A stretch of DNA of 64,000 bases from Nymphaea colorata (Eukaryota): positions 33,046,001 to 33,110,000 of the forward strand of contig NC_045138.2 in NCBI RefSeq assembly GCF_008831285.2, written 5' to 3'. The notes under the pieces are model-generated. The model was given only the letters and a program-made list of their open reading frames with translations, had not been told where the DNA came from and made no database searches. Below are positions 24,686 through 37,318 of this stretch, one piece after another. The translations under genes were made by a program, and so were the position numbers. The stretch's first letter is position 1. Each line of letters begins with the position of its first letter.

Positions 24686-24949
24686 ATGAGTTACATGAAG
24701 GGGTCAAGCATGAGTGAGGGTGTGACAGCGGCCATGGAGAGCCTCAAGGAGCAAGGGACAGTGATGGGCGCCGCTCTGAGGATGCTGCATCGGTGCGTGT
24801 GGAGGGAGACTGCAGGAACCTCGTCTGTACAGGCCACGAGGATGGTTTCCTCCATAGAGTCTTGCTCCCCACTCTGGAGGAAGAGGTGGAAGGCCGAGGA
24901 GGTGTCCCTCAGGAAGATTGTTCATGTTGGTTGTTGGGGTCCAAATTGA
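24686..24949 (+). CDS. Wound-induced polypeptide (DUF3774), copy 4, divergent, 87 aa
   Basis: MSYMKGSSMSEGVTAAMESLKEQG...AEEVSLRKIVHVGCWGPN*. The MSYM start, LKEQG and CWGPN end are retained. Confidence 0.85.
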   Translation: MSYMKGSSMSEGVTAAMESLKEQGTVMGAALRMLHRCVWRETAGTSSVQATRMVSSIESCSPLWRKRWKAEEVSLRKIVHVGCWGPN

Positions 24950-26168
24950 GCATTGAGCATTTCCATCGATGAGCGGAAAGACTACCACCAACTATGAATC
25001 GATTCACAACTTTCTGACCTCTAGTCTTCTTTTCTTTTCTATTGGAGTTACTGTAGATTCTGACTAAATCCTTTGCGAGGGATAGACCTTCGTCTTTTTA
25101 TATGAATTCTCAATGAACTGTGTATACAATTAAGAATTGCTTATAATGCAAAAAATGGACTTCAATTTCCATTGTTCTGATTACTAGCTAATGTTTGTGT
25201 GATACGGGTTTGGAAACAAACATGAAAGTTTTAGGTTTCTTGGATAAATTCATGCAGTTGAGGCAGAATACATCATACTTTTTACAGTACTGTGGGAAAC
25301 CGGTGGCCTTGGCCTTTGTTTGCAACCGCCTCGCTGATAAACGGAAGTTAACGAACGCTTTTGACAAAAAAAGAAGAGAGAGGAGAAACTTGCGGTTGAA
25401 AATCCCCCTTTACGGCAAAATGAATGAGAAAATCTCCAGCCGATTTCTAGGACCCCATTTCAGATTTTGTCAAGAGGCTGAGAACCAAGGATCTTGCCTT
25501 GTGTGTTTTCATTCTCGCATTCCACACATTTTCCAGTCTCTACTTCTAAGAGATGCTGTATATATAATATAACTCGAAATCTATGACCGTTTGGAATTTT
25601 ACAAAATTTTATTTACTCCCCAGCTGATATGGTGGCTTAATTTGGTAGGAAGAGGAATCACAGAAAATAGTGCTCTTCCCCTGTACATTGTTCTAGAGAT
25701 TATAATGCTGCGCATTCTGCAGAACTAGGACATATAGCAGCATGTGGCTAATAGCAGAAAACCACTCTCTTCGTTGATGGGGATCTAGAATAGGGGAGAA
25801 ATTGCTGATGAACTAATCTACTTTACAATGGAGAGAATTGGGAAGGAAAGTTGGACGGGAAGCAGGAAAGTAAAAGGTAGTGCAAGGCAAGGATAATTGG
25901 GATGTTTATTTTCTCCGAAGCCCCAAGACAGGCTCGCAATAGCGAATATTCATCAAAGCACTCGAAGAATTTGAGATGGAAAGAAACTGTATTGAGATGT
26001 ACATCTGTTTACACTAATTACAGAAATTCCCAGGACAAGTTTGCAAGGGAATTCTTTGTGAAGAGATCATCGAGACAGTCGGACGTGCTACCCCTCATTC
26101 TCCATATATGTGAAAGCATCGAATAGATGATCTGCTTTCCTCACCTTCACCCTCCTTTTCTTGTTCAC

Positions 26169-26441
26169 TCAATTGGGTCCCCAACAGCTCAAATACATTA
26201 CTTTTCTTAATGACTCGTCAGCTTCTTTGCTTCTATCTTCTCCCATCCTCTGCATTGAAGTAGAGGAATTGATCCCGGAAGACGAGGCCCTGATTGCTTG
26301 CAGAGAGGAACCATGGTTCCGCCTCCTTGCGTTTTGATCCAATGCCCTCACCACCGAACTGAATCTGATTCCTTGGTCCTTCATTCCTTCAACTGCTGCA
26401 ACTGCACCAGCCCTTATCATCGCTCTGTTCATGTAACTCAT
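26169..26441 (-). CDS. Wound-induced polypeptide (DUF3774), copy 5, 90 aa
   Basis: ATG at 26441: MSYMNRAMIRAGAVAAVEGMKDQG...EADESLRKVMYLSCWGPN*. Confidence 0.94.
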   Translation of the reverse strand: MSYMNRAMIRAGAVAAVEGMKDQGIRFSSVVRALDQNARRRNHGSSLQAIRASSSGINSSTSMQRMGEDRSKEADESLRKVMYLSCWGPN

Positions 26442-28682
26442 TGTTTTCCGTTTTTTCTTCTCTCTCACGCTCTGTAAGCACACAGGCAAAGAGAAATGTC
26501 CCTGATGGTCCGTTCGGATCTCAAGAGTTTTAGAAGATCACAGCTTGTTGATTTGGGAAGGAAATCAGTGTACTTGTACATAGAGTGCCAGGATGAGATG
26601 AGGATGGTAATTGAAGGCTTTCCACTGGCGGCTAATGGTTTTCTGGAAAACCAGGTTCTGCCTCGAAATACCAGTGGCTATCGTGTCCTTTTTCCCCTGC
26701 AAAGTTGAAGCTCTGTACCTTTCTCTTCCCATGGTTTTGGTGTGAGATGATTGCGACTTCTAACTCTATTCCAGCCAAGTTTTGGAATCGTCCCCAGCTG
26801 GTCGTTCGTACTTCCTCTCTTTCTCCTGAGGATCGTCACTGTGGAAAATCTATTTAATTTTCCTGTGCCTACCTCCTCCTGTTCACGGAGTCCAGGGTAT
26901 GGCCATTTTTTAGATTACTTTATAATTTCTTTCTTAATTTCTTTCTCTCTTCTTTTTATTCCTCTTATCCGCTTGAATCTCTTCACCTATTCTGTCAACT
27001 AATCGAGGTAGCCATGTAATGTTATGCTTCCTGTCCTGTGCCATCCTAACAGCTTGTTAGGAGGCCATGATGATGATGGGAAGTTATTATATGATGTTCT
27101 GCTATTACCTTTCTCTGGCTTAGCTTAAAAACACAGAGTTTCGTTCCATGTTCCATAAGCCAAGTTTTTAGCTATTAGTGCAGTTGTTCTTAGTTTTCTG
27201 TTGGAAAGATCAGGTTTTCATCACCTTCCTGTTAATCGGGGCCTGATTTGGGTGGTCTAGGAGCACGAGGATATTAGCATAAGGTCTTCAAGTTGCCGAG
27301 TTTAGCTTCGACTATCTTGTTTAAAAAAGATCACATTTAGTTTGCAGTCGAACTTGAGCTCTACAGTTGTAAAAGTTCAGTCTCGAGACAGCTCACGCTT
27401 ATGCTCACTTACAAGCAAAACACATTGCATTGTTCTAATAAAGAAAGAACAAATGGTATGCGAGCTTTAAAGCTGTTGCTTACAAGCCAAACGCTGCCAG
27501 CCACATATTCTACGTGAAATATGCAGCAAATTCGGTCGTTTATATATAATATATATTATAATTGCATACTCCTGTTTTTCTATTAACAAGCGACCCTTAA
27601 AAAAATCGGACAACTAAATGGTCCTTGGTTCTGAAAGCGAAACTTCACGTGAGGCCCAAACATTACGGAAAGACTTAGCTGCGGAGAGGCAGGCATTATC
27701 CGGAGCCTTCGCTGCAACCCGCTTCACAACTTCTCTATTCCCCGAGCATTTTTTAGGCCAAAACGAGCAGAGACACGACCCATTGATCTTATTTTCTGAA
27801 CCAAGCGTTTCATGGCATGCTACCCAAGATTCAAATTGGAAGGTGCATCTGTTAAGCACACCTTCCGTGGAACCAACTCCCAAGATAAGAACAGACTCGA
27901 TACGCAAGTTGGGCATGATCCCTGTGTGCAGCATTAGCTTTAAATTTTAGCTGCACATGGAACCTGATTGCTTTGGAGATGAAGGAATTATCTTTCTGTA
28001 AAAATGAGTCTAGACTTCAGTTGAACATTTTTGTCTGCCCATAGAACTTGACCGGCTTGTCTGATTCCCGGCCCCGGCCAATTTATCTTTGTACTCATTC
28101 ACCATAAATTCTTTGGATTTGTAACGAGGCATCTTCTGCAAGACAAATAATCAGGACATTCAAAAGCTGAATGCAGCTCATATCAAGGGAGAGATCCAAT
28201 GGATCCCCAAGCTCACCTTATCATGGCGGGTCCTAGCGATGCTGGTGATGATAACTACCACTTTTTGGTTGCGGAAAGTAGCAGTCAGAGACTGAGGCAA
28301 AAGAAACGCCGATGGCTGCAAATGGGTGGCCAAGGTTTCGAGCCAAGGCGGTTTCGCAATACGTGAGGCTCCCCCAGCCGTGCGCTGCTTTGTTTTATTT
28401 TTTTTTTATTCTTCAAAATGGCCAAGGTCTTAAACGTGGATGGCGACTAGGCGACACACTTTATTTACCTGCATCGTGTTCTCGTTTTTGACTTGGCATT
28501 TGATGAATTACATGTTATTTTAAATTGCACCAAGATAAGAAATCCGCAGCTTACATACAGCATATGTCACAATTAAACTGCAGTATTAAAGATCTTGAAA
28601 AATCTTCAAACATTTTCAAAGCACACGGTTCCCTACTACCTGTGGTCTTACTTAATAATCTTTTTGAAGTACGATAGACATG

Positions 28683-31600
28683 AAATATGAAAGATGTCAC
28701 AGATCTACTGAACATTGGGATCAATTCGGGTTTGAGTTGGGTTGTCATAAACTATAATCACATAAACATATGGGCGATAGAGAATTAACACATTAATGAA
28801 GCAAAACACTAGCTAGTTTTCTTGTTAAATTGAATTGTTCAGGTAATTGTTTTGAGTAGTAAAAGATATGCGGATCAAATAACATGCGTCCTGACCCAAA
28901 AGAGTAAAACCAATTTTTGTGGTTGTCGAGATGGCCTTGACATCTTCGCCTTGGGCTCATGTCACCGCGTGCATTCGTAATCATTGGGCTACAGGTAACT
29001 GTGGACCTGACCGAACCATCAGCTTCAAGGTGGTGAACATATAATACGTCAGACGACAGATCGGACGATGATATCATGCAGTCAATCAGGCTTTACTGTA
29101 GGAAAGAGAACGGCCAAGATTTTTTTAATGATGAGATGGCGTTTCCTTTATGTTCATCCTAGGAACGAAGTGATAAGCATGTAGTACAAGGCCACATGCG
29201 GATGCATTCTTCACCTTCTTCCATTTCTGCCTCACGTTTCAATCAGATTAAGTAAGTTGTTAACAGATATTCCCAAAATTGGTAATATTGGTTTCCTGCA
29301 GTTTTAACTTTTTTTTTTTCTTGTATTTTGAAATGCACTACGTTTTCGAAAGCTTGTTGAAACAATATTGAAATCACATCTGATTTATTCTTGTTAAGAC
29401 GTTTCTTGAAGTGGGAACTGACAAAGACTTTCTTATGTCTAATCTGAGAACAAAAAGTTTTGTAATTTGTAAAACAATAAAATGTCAAAATGAGAAATGT
29501 GGTTTGAAAGACAATAGGCAGATTTTCGTAGCTTTGACAAATGTAAAAAAAATTCCAAAACACCAGAAAACTCTTGTTTGTCTGTTAAGCTCAAAGATTT
29601 TTGTTTAACTTTTTGTAGATGAAAGATTTACAAGTTAGTGCAGCATTCGGCATTACAACTATTCTAACCTTCGAGTGCTATATATAAAACTTCGAGCTAA
29701 ACAAGTTCAGAAATACTACAATTCTGATCCGCTGCATGTTATATCTCTCTTTTTTTTAAAAAAAACAAACAAACAGATATTCCAACTTTGGAACCATGAA
29801 GCCTCGATCTAAGGAGAAGAGTTTCAGTTCTTTTAATTGGTTATCTAAAATTTTGACAAGAGGCCAAAGCAAGCAACACCTGCGTAGGTCTCTCCTGTGC
29901 CGGTGAGCTTGATATGAAGAGACACAAACGGACAAAAATCTCTGCCTTTCCCCCTTTTCCCCGCCCGTGGATTTGGAGACGGGACCCCTTCATTAAGATT
30001 GCCATGAATCTCTCAGCTAGCCATCACATCCAATCTCAGAATGAGCCTCTTCAAAGCTAACCAAAATCGCAATTTTCTAATGCCACCAATTATCAGGTTT
30101 TCCATTATGAACCAACCATTTGACTGGCAACTTTAGAGCAAAATGGTATTTCATACTGAAAACAATCTCGTCTTCTCTCCCGATTCTGATTCCGGAAATT
30201 CTTTACGTGTAAATTCCATGTCCTTTTGATTTTATTGCGTTAAAAAGGATGCGTCGATGCCAGACATATGAAGTAGAAGTTGGTATTAGAAAAAGGAAGA
30301 GAAACAAGGACGGCGTTGGTATTTCCTTTTCTGGAGAGAACTGGTTTTTTCGAAACCGCTGACTGCAGCAGTGGTGCAAAACCGTAGGCTGAAGTGAACC
30401 ATATCCATTTCCCTGCCCTTATATATAACCATGTCCACTTTGCTTTCCATAATTTTAACTCAAACCTTCTTGAGAATCTTTCATCTTCAAGTCTTCTGCA
30501 CAGAGAGAGTACAATGAGTTACAGAAACAGAGGAATTATGACCGCTGGCATCGCTTCACCAGTCGATGCATTGCAAGATCAAGGAACTTTGTTCCATTCC
30601 GTCATGACGGACTTGGGCCAGAACGTGAGGAGGAATTCCGGCTCCGCTCTTCAACTTCAGGGGCTTCCATCATTTCCGGTTAGCTCCTCTCCTTCGCCCT
30701 CTCCTACGAGAAAAATGGATGAAGAGAGAAGCGACCAGGCGGAGGCATCTCTGAGGATGGTCATGTACTTGAGCTGTTGGGGACCAAATTAACTGAAGAA
30801 GAGGGGGAGAGAGATGGTTGACAAAAGTGGAACCTGAGGGAAGAGTGCAGGAAAGCTGAAAAAATTGTTCTGCATTCTTTTGTAAATCGTCTGTATATAG
30901 CTTGAAGCTTTTGGAACATTATTTTTTTCTGATTTTGGTTAAACTGAAATTACAAAATAATGTTCCATCCGCGCCTGATTCCTAGACTTCAGAAAACCAA
31001 GGTTGGGCTCTCGGATCAAACCAGTAGCCTTAAATTCATGAAGATGAACATGGTTTCAATGGAAGCAGATACTGTTTCCATATGTCTCTCTCCCCATGTG
31101 GATTCATTCATGATTATGCTAAAATTTACTGAAGAACTAAACTGAAGGAACACATATATTCAGAAACGTCTACATGATCAGATACCAAATTCCAACAAAG
31201 TTATCACCTCTTTACGGTTCCTCTGAACATCGCATCTCTTTTGGCCTGGACCCAAAAAGGTTCGGTCAGCTTCTTGACTGTAGGAGTTTGCAAAAGCCAA
31301 ACAAAACAGAGAAAATGCATATTTTTTTTTGCATTTTGTTTTTTCAACACATAAGTGCGAAAAACTGTGATTTCAAGATCCAAGAGAAAGAGATGCCGCA
31401 GGCAAGACGACTCTGCTTCCAAAATCATGGTATCAATGGCAACTGAAATCGACCCCACAATGACAAGAGTTTACCTAAAGCTGTTCCTTGGATCCAATGT
31501 GACCCCACCAACACCAATTTGGTTGAGGTTCATACAAAAAATCAGGTGCTAGAAATCTTTTTCTTAAGAGGCTATTTTGAAAAATTTCGTTCTTTAGGGG

Positions 31601-33996
31601 TCACAATAAATATAAATAAATTAGTAAATAACTGTAAGTCACCTATATAAACAAAATATTAAAAAAATCTTGGTACTGATGTAGGAAAACTTATATGTGG
31701 CTGCACTACAGTGCAGGGGAGTTGTACCATGAGGTAAAATTAATTTCCTCGAACAAGTCCTCATACATTGGCATCATAACTTTATAAACATATAAGTTTT
31801 TCCTTGTAGATGTAGACGGTATCTCCATGATATTCAACTATAAGGAAAGCGAGCACTGATGGGGTGGAAGAAGAACTGAACTGACCTCTGCTAACGACAA
31901 TGAGATTTTAACTTAAAGTAATGACAGGTGGTGCTGTTTCTATGTGATTATACAGATCAAGAAACTCATCGATCCTCCTTTCTCATACATAAAACGGAAC
32001 AGGTTTGTACACAAATAAAAGCCAAAAAAAAAAAAAAAAAAGTTCTGAAATTTTAGGTCTTTTCGTTAACTATGTGCTTCAGAGTCCTTTAACAAAGAGG
32101 GCAACAGCATATTGTTCGATATATGCGTCAAAAGCTAGAGCAGTTTCATTCGATTAGAATTAAAAAGAAGAACACTCAACTTATAAAATGAATGTAACGG
32201 TACAATTTTTATTTTGAATCAAGGCAACTGAGCCTCTGGAGCCAATGAGGGTCTGGCACGTGTAGCATGAACGTTTTCGAATGGGCCGATTTGCGGGCGC
32301 TTTTGCGCGTCACCAGATTTGGTGTAGGAAGAAAGGAGTGGAAATTGTCGATGTGGAGAAAGTGAGTCCCACCACTCCAATCTATGTGATCCTTGGAAAC
32401 GTCCACATTCACCACTTGGAACAAGTTGGTGCTTCAATCCTTAGTTGCAGGACGATACGATCAAGAATATTCACGACTTAAAATAAAAAAAAGTTTGGAC
32501 GATCCGTAGGAGTTTAAACTGTTCTACTAATGTGATGAGGCAGTTAAACTTGGCATGATAGGAGACAAAAGATATGGTTGTTGTTAGCTTTAGATCGATC
32601 TCCCTTTTTCACTGAGTTCTTCTCAGCATTGTATTTGTAGAGAGTCAATCATGAGGTTTGGCCAATTTTAACTTGTTCCTTAAGAAGAAAAGAATTTTTG
32701 TGTTTGGGGTTCTTCTACAAGCCACCAATCTTCAGTCCACCGTTCATTAATTGTGCAATCTGGTTGCCATCCTTTTGGTTTAGCTCAGTTTCAACTCTTT
32801 ATTACACATCCAACTACATAAATGTCAATGTATGTTTCTCCTCTTTTTTCTGGTTACATAAAAGAGAGAGGAAGAGCTGCGCAAGTGGGCAGGCATTAAA
32901 AACGACAAAAATTCGACAAGCCATCACAAAATGGACAAGGGGGAGAAAGCAGTGGCAGACCCACATTGTAGGTTGGTGTGGGCAGTTGCCCACACTAACT
33001 TCTTAAAATTCTTTCATTTTTACATTGGTAAATTTAATATTTACTTTCATACATATACAGCTTACCCTCCAGATAATAATATTTTTAAATAAGTACCTTT
33101 TCAATCAATTTTTTAACTCCATCACTGATTAGAAGGCGCCCATGCCCGTTGTCAATTTTTGGTCAATGTGAAGGCCGTATGGACAGTTTGGCCATTTTTC
33201 AATCAACTTTCGTGAATTCCAATTCATGTATAAATTCCCCACTACTTGTTTGAGTAAATTGTGAAAATCTTTTGAGCATTTCAATTTGGATAAGAGAACT
33301 AAGATTAATGATTTCAGCTTTTTAGATTTTTTTTTTGGTTTTACATTTCCAAACATTCCACAATTATTTGTGCTATTATAGCTTTCCGGAAAAATGCCCA
33401 AGTCTCTGATACGGCACTTCTAGATATACAAACTTGAATGGGACCTCAATATCTCTCTTTCTCTTTGTATATATTATTTAATTTGATTGACTGTTTATAA
33501 AGTAATAGATGTCAAAGCACTTCTGAAAGAATTGCATAACAAATAGTATCAACTTTGGAAAAAGTGCTTTTCTATGTGAGCTTTTGTAGTCCATGAAGCA
33601 TATTCACATTAAAGCACATAATGCTAGAATCGCTCAAACCATATGCTCCATATATCCAATCTATTTTCGAACTTATAAATTCATGAACCCAATGTGTTTT
33701 TTCAGGCAAATGTTTTTGAGAATAGGAAACATTTGATTATATAATATTGTTGATTTGATCAGCCATGTCAAGCGTCTAGTGTTCGACATATTACGTGGGC
33801 GCGTGTTATATAGACATATTAGTTTGCTGCTAGCGAGAATCAATTGCCGGGCAATGAAGGGTTGATGCCTGAAATTATGCATAGCTATGAAAGCTGCATC
33901 TTACGTCATCTGATATCGAAAGATACCAAGCATAAATAACCAACAGTAATTCGGCCATGTCGAACTGGTACCATTCAAACGTCCAATCACAACATG
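28683..33996 (+). repeat. Tandem segmental duplication, unit A (~5.3 kb, contains WIP copy 6)
   Basis: Colinear high similarity to 35053-45298, from AAATATGAAAGATGTCACAGATC to CCATTCAAACGTCCAATCACAACATG. Confidence 0.95.
30514..30792 (+). CDS. Wound-induced polypeptide (DUF3774), copy 6, 92 aa
   Basis: ATG at 30514: MSYRNRGIMTAGIASPVDALQDQG...QAEASLRMVMYLSCWGPN*. TATATATAA at 30420-30428. Confidence 0.93.
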   Translation: MSYRNRGIMTAGIASPVDALQDQGTLFHSVMTDLGQNVRRNSGSALQLQGLPSFPVSSSPSPSPTRKMDEERSDQAEASLRMVMYLSCWGPN

Positions 33997-34792
33997 CTTT
34001 ATTTTAGTTTACCTTGTTTGCGGAAAAAGAACAAAAAAGGGGAGACACCATGCATTTGGTTTTTGCTCTTGCCGTTACAAGATGAAATAAGAAAACTGAT
34101 CATTAATCTCTTTGGCCGTAATTGACTGCTGAGCATTGGCAAACCCTAGGAGGCGGTTTATAAAAGTTCAGCTTATCTTATGATTAAGGTTAATCATGAG
34201 ATTAGTCAACCCTGGGCCTCCTAAAAGCAAACTCATAAACATACATTTCTTCTTCTTCCTCCTCTCTGCTCATACTGCCGATTCTGCTGGTGTCCCTGTG
34301 AGCAAGAGGAATGGTGCCAGCAGCCTTTGAACTCCATGGATTAAATCAACAAGACAACTTTCAGAATAGGCGAGTTAAAAGAAAAGGAAGAAACTTAAAG
34401 AAGACACTACTTAAGCCTTGCATGTGTTATCAGAGGCATAGAACAATGAAGTTACTTTATACGGACCAAATAATAAATCAACATCAGAAGGATATATCCT
34501 ATTTACAAAGAGCAATACTTTAATTTGTTTGAGACCATTGAGGAGGTGATGTAAAAGAGGAACTAACACAATAACTTATCATCTTTAACCAAGTATGAAC
34601 GTAGAGAGAGACAGAGAGAGAGTATCCACAACCTGCGTAAACATAGAGAGGAGTTGCTGGCGAAGCGGCTGTCGGCAGCGGTGTTACAACAGCAGCATGG
34701 TGGCAATTGGCAAATCGACCACACATAGCGGATGGTTGGGTCTGCCGCTGCTGCATGCGAGCCCTGTTAGAGAAAGCATATATATAAAAGTG

Positions 34793-34876
34793 TGACTGGG
34801 TCGGGAAAGCGTTTGTGATGTGGACGACGGCATTTGACTGGGTCGGGAAAGCGTTTTTGATGTCAACGAGGGTATA
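34793..34876 (+). repeat. 42-bp tandem repeat x2
   Basis: TGACTGGGTCGGGAAAGCGTTT... starts at 34793 and again at 34835. Confidence 0.85.
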
Positions 34877-36895
34877 AATTTTTTAGCAGGGTTTCTCCCT
34901 TTCCGATTTTCTCCCTCCCTCTTGCTCACAGGGAAGGCTGCCGGCACCATTCCTAAGCACCGGAGGCTCCGCTGGGCTTTTGCGGCAGGGTGAAGTATGA
35001 AAGATACAAAGGGTTTTTGGTCTCTGGTCGTTGATCAGCGATAATGGACGGTAAATATGAAAGATGTCACAGATCTACTGAACATTGGGATCAATTCGGG
35101 TTTGAGTTGGGTTGTCATAAACTACAATCACATAAACATATGGGCGTTAGAGAATTAACACATTAATGAAGCAAAACACTAGCTAGTTTTCCTGTTAAAT
35201 TGAATCGTTCAAGTAATTGTTTTGAGTAGTAAGAGATATGCGGATCAAATAACATGCGTCCTGACCCAAAAGAGTAAAACCAATTTTTGTGGTTGTCGAG
35301 ATGGCCTTGAAATCTTTGCCTTGGGCATTCGTAATAATCGGGGTACAGGTAACTGTAGACCTGACCGAACCATCAACTTCAAGGTGGTGAACATTTAATA
35401 CGCCAGACGACAGATCGGACGTTGATTTCTGGACGAGGTGATCACGCTGTCAATCAGGCTGTACTGTATGAAAGAGGACGGCCAACATTTTGTTAATGAT
35501 GAGATGGCGTTTCCTCCTTTGTGTTCATCCTAGGAACGAAGTGATAAGCATGTAGTACAAGGCCACATTCGGATGCAATCTTCACCTTCTTCCATTTCTG
35601 CCTCAAGTTTCAATCACATTACGTAAGTTGTTAACAGATATTCTCAAATTTAATTATATCTGATTTCTGCAGTTTTAACATTTTTGTTTTCTTTTGTATT
35701 TTGAAAGGCACACTTAAAATGATACGTTTTCGAAAGCTTGTTGAAAAAAAAATTGAAATCACATATGATTTATTATTGTTAAGATATTTCTTGAATTGGG
35801 AATGGAAAAAATTTTCTTAATTCTAAGCTAAGGACAAAAAGTTTTGTAATTTGTAAAACAATAAAATGTCAAATCAGAAATGTAGTTTGAAAGACAAAGA
35901 GTAGATTTCCGTAGCTTTGACAAATGTAAAAACATTCCAAAACACCTGCAATCCTCTTGTTTGTCTATTGCTAAAGATGTTAAGCTCAAAGATTTTTGTT
36001 TATCTTTCTGTAGATGAAAGACTTACAAGTTAGTGCAGCATTCAGCTTCTAACCTTCGAGTGCTACATATAAAACCTCGATCTAAACAAGTTCAGAAATA
36101 CTACCATTCTGATCCGCTGCATGTTATATCTCTTAAAAAAAAAAAAACAATCAGATATTCCAACTTTGGAACCATGAAGCCTCGATCTAAGGAGAAGAAT
36201 TTCAGTTCTTTAAATTGGTTATCTAAAATTTTGACAAGAGGCCAAAGCAAGCAACGCCCGCGTAGGTCTCTCCTGTGCCAGTGAGCTTGATATGAACAGA
36301 CAAAAACGGACAAAAATCTCTGCCTTCCCCCTTTTTCTCGCCCGTGGATTTGGAGACGGGATCCCTTCATTAAGATTGCCATGAATCTCTCAGCTAGCCA
36401 TCACATCCAATCTCAGAATGAGCCTCTTCAATGCTAACCAAAATTGCAATTTTCTAATGCCACCAATTATCAGGTTTTCCATTATGAACACCAACCGTTT
36501 GACTGGCAACTTTAGAGCAAAATGGTATTTCATACTGAAACCAGTCTCGTCTTCTCTCTCCCATTCTAATTCCGGAAATTCTTTACATGTAAATTCCACG
36601 TCCTTTTGATTTTTAGTGTGTCAAAAAGGATGCGTCGATGCCAGACATATGAAGTAGAAGTTGGTATTAGAAAAAGGAAGAGAAACAAGGACGGCCTTGG
36701 TATTTCCTTTTCTGGGGAGAGCTGGTTTTTTCAAAACCGCTGACTGCAGGTAGTGGTGCAAAACCGTAGGCTGGAGTGAACCATATCCATTTCCCTGCCC
36801 TTATATATAATCATGTCCACTTTGCTTTCCATACTTTTAACTCAAACCTTCTTGAGAATCTTTCATCTGCAAATCTTCTGCACAGAGAGAGTACA

Positions 36896-37174
36896 ATGAG
36901 TTACAGAAACAGAGGAATTATGACCGCTGGCATCGCTTCACCAGTCGATGCATTGCAAGATCAAGGAACTTTGTTCCATTCCGTCATGGCGGACTTGGGC
37001 CAGAACGTGAGGAGGAATTCTGGCTCCGCTCTTCAACTTCAGGGGCTTCCATCTTTTCCAGTTAGCTCCTCTCCTTCGCCCTCTCCTACGAGAAAAATGG
37101 ATGAAGAGAGAAGCGACCAGGCGGAGGCATCTCTGAGGATGGTCATGTACTTGAGCTGTTGGGGACCAAATTAA
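36896..37174 (+). CDS. Wound-induced polypeptide (DUF3774), copy 7, 92 aa
   Basis: ATG at 36896. Identical to copy 6 except one T>A change. TATATATAA at 36802-36810. Confidence 0.93.
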   Translation: MSYRNRGIMTAGIASPVDALQDQGTLFHSVMADLGQNVRRNSGSALQLQGLPSFPVSSSPSPSPTRKMDEERSDQAEASLRMVMYLSCWGPN

Positions 37175-37240
37175 CTGAAGAAGAAGGGGAGAGAGATGGT
37201 TGACAAAAGTGGAACCTGAGGGAAGAGTGCAGGAAAGCTG

Positions 37241-37318
37241 AAAAAATTGTTCTGCATTCTTTTTGTAAAAAATTGTTCTGCATTCTTTTTGTAAAAAATT
37301 GTTCTGCATTCTTTTTGT
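37241..37318 (+). repeat. 26-bp tandem repeat x3 in the 3' region of WIP copy 7
   Basis: AAAAAATTGTTCTGCATTCTTTTTGT occurs three times here and once at the paralogous site (~30859-30883). Confidence 0.93.

Noticed and set aside
30394..30513. N-terminal extensions of WIP ORFs in the ORF track (also 36776, 22410, 26489, 55103)
   Set aside because: They start at GTG/TTG, and for copies 6/7 they run through the TATA box. Paralog alignment places the start at the MSY/MSL ATG.
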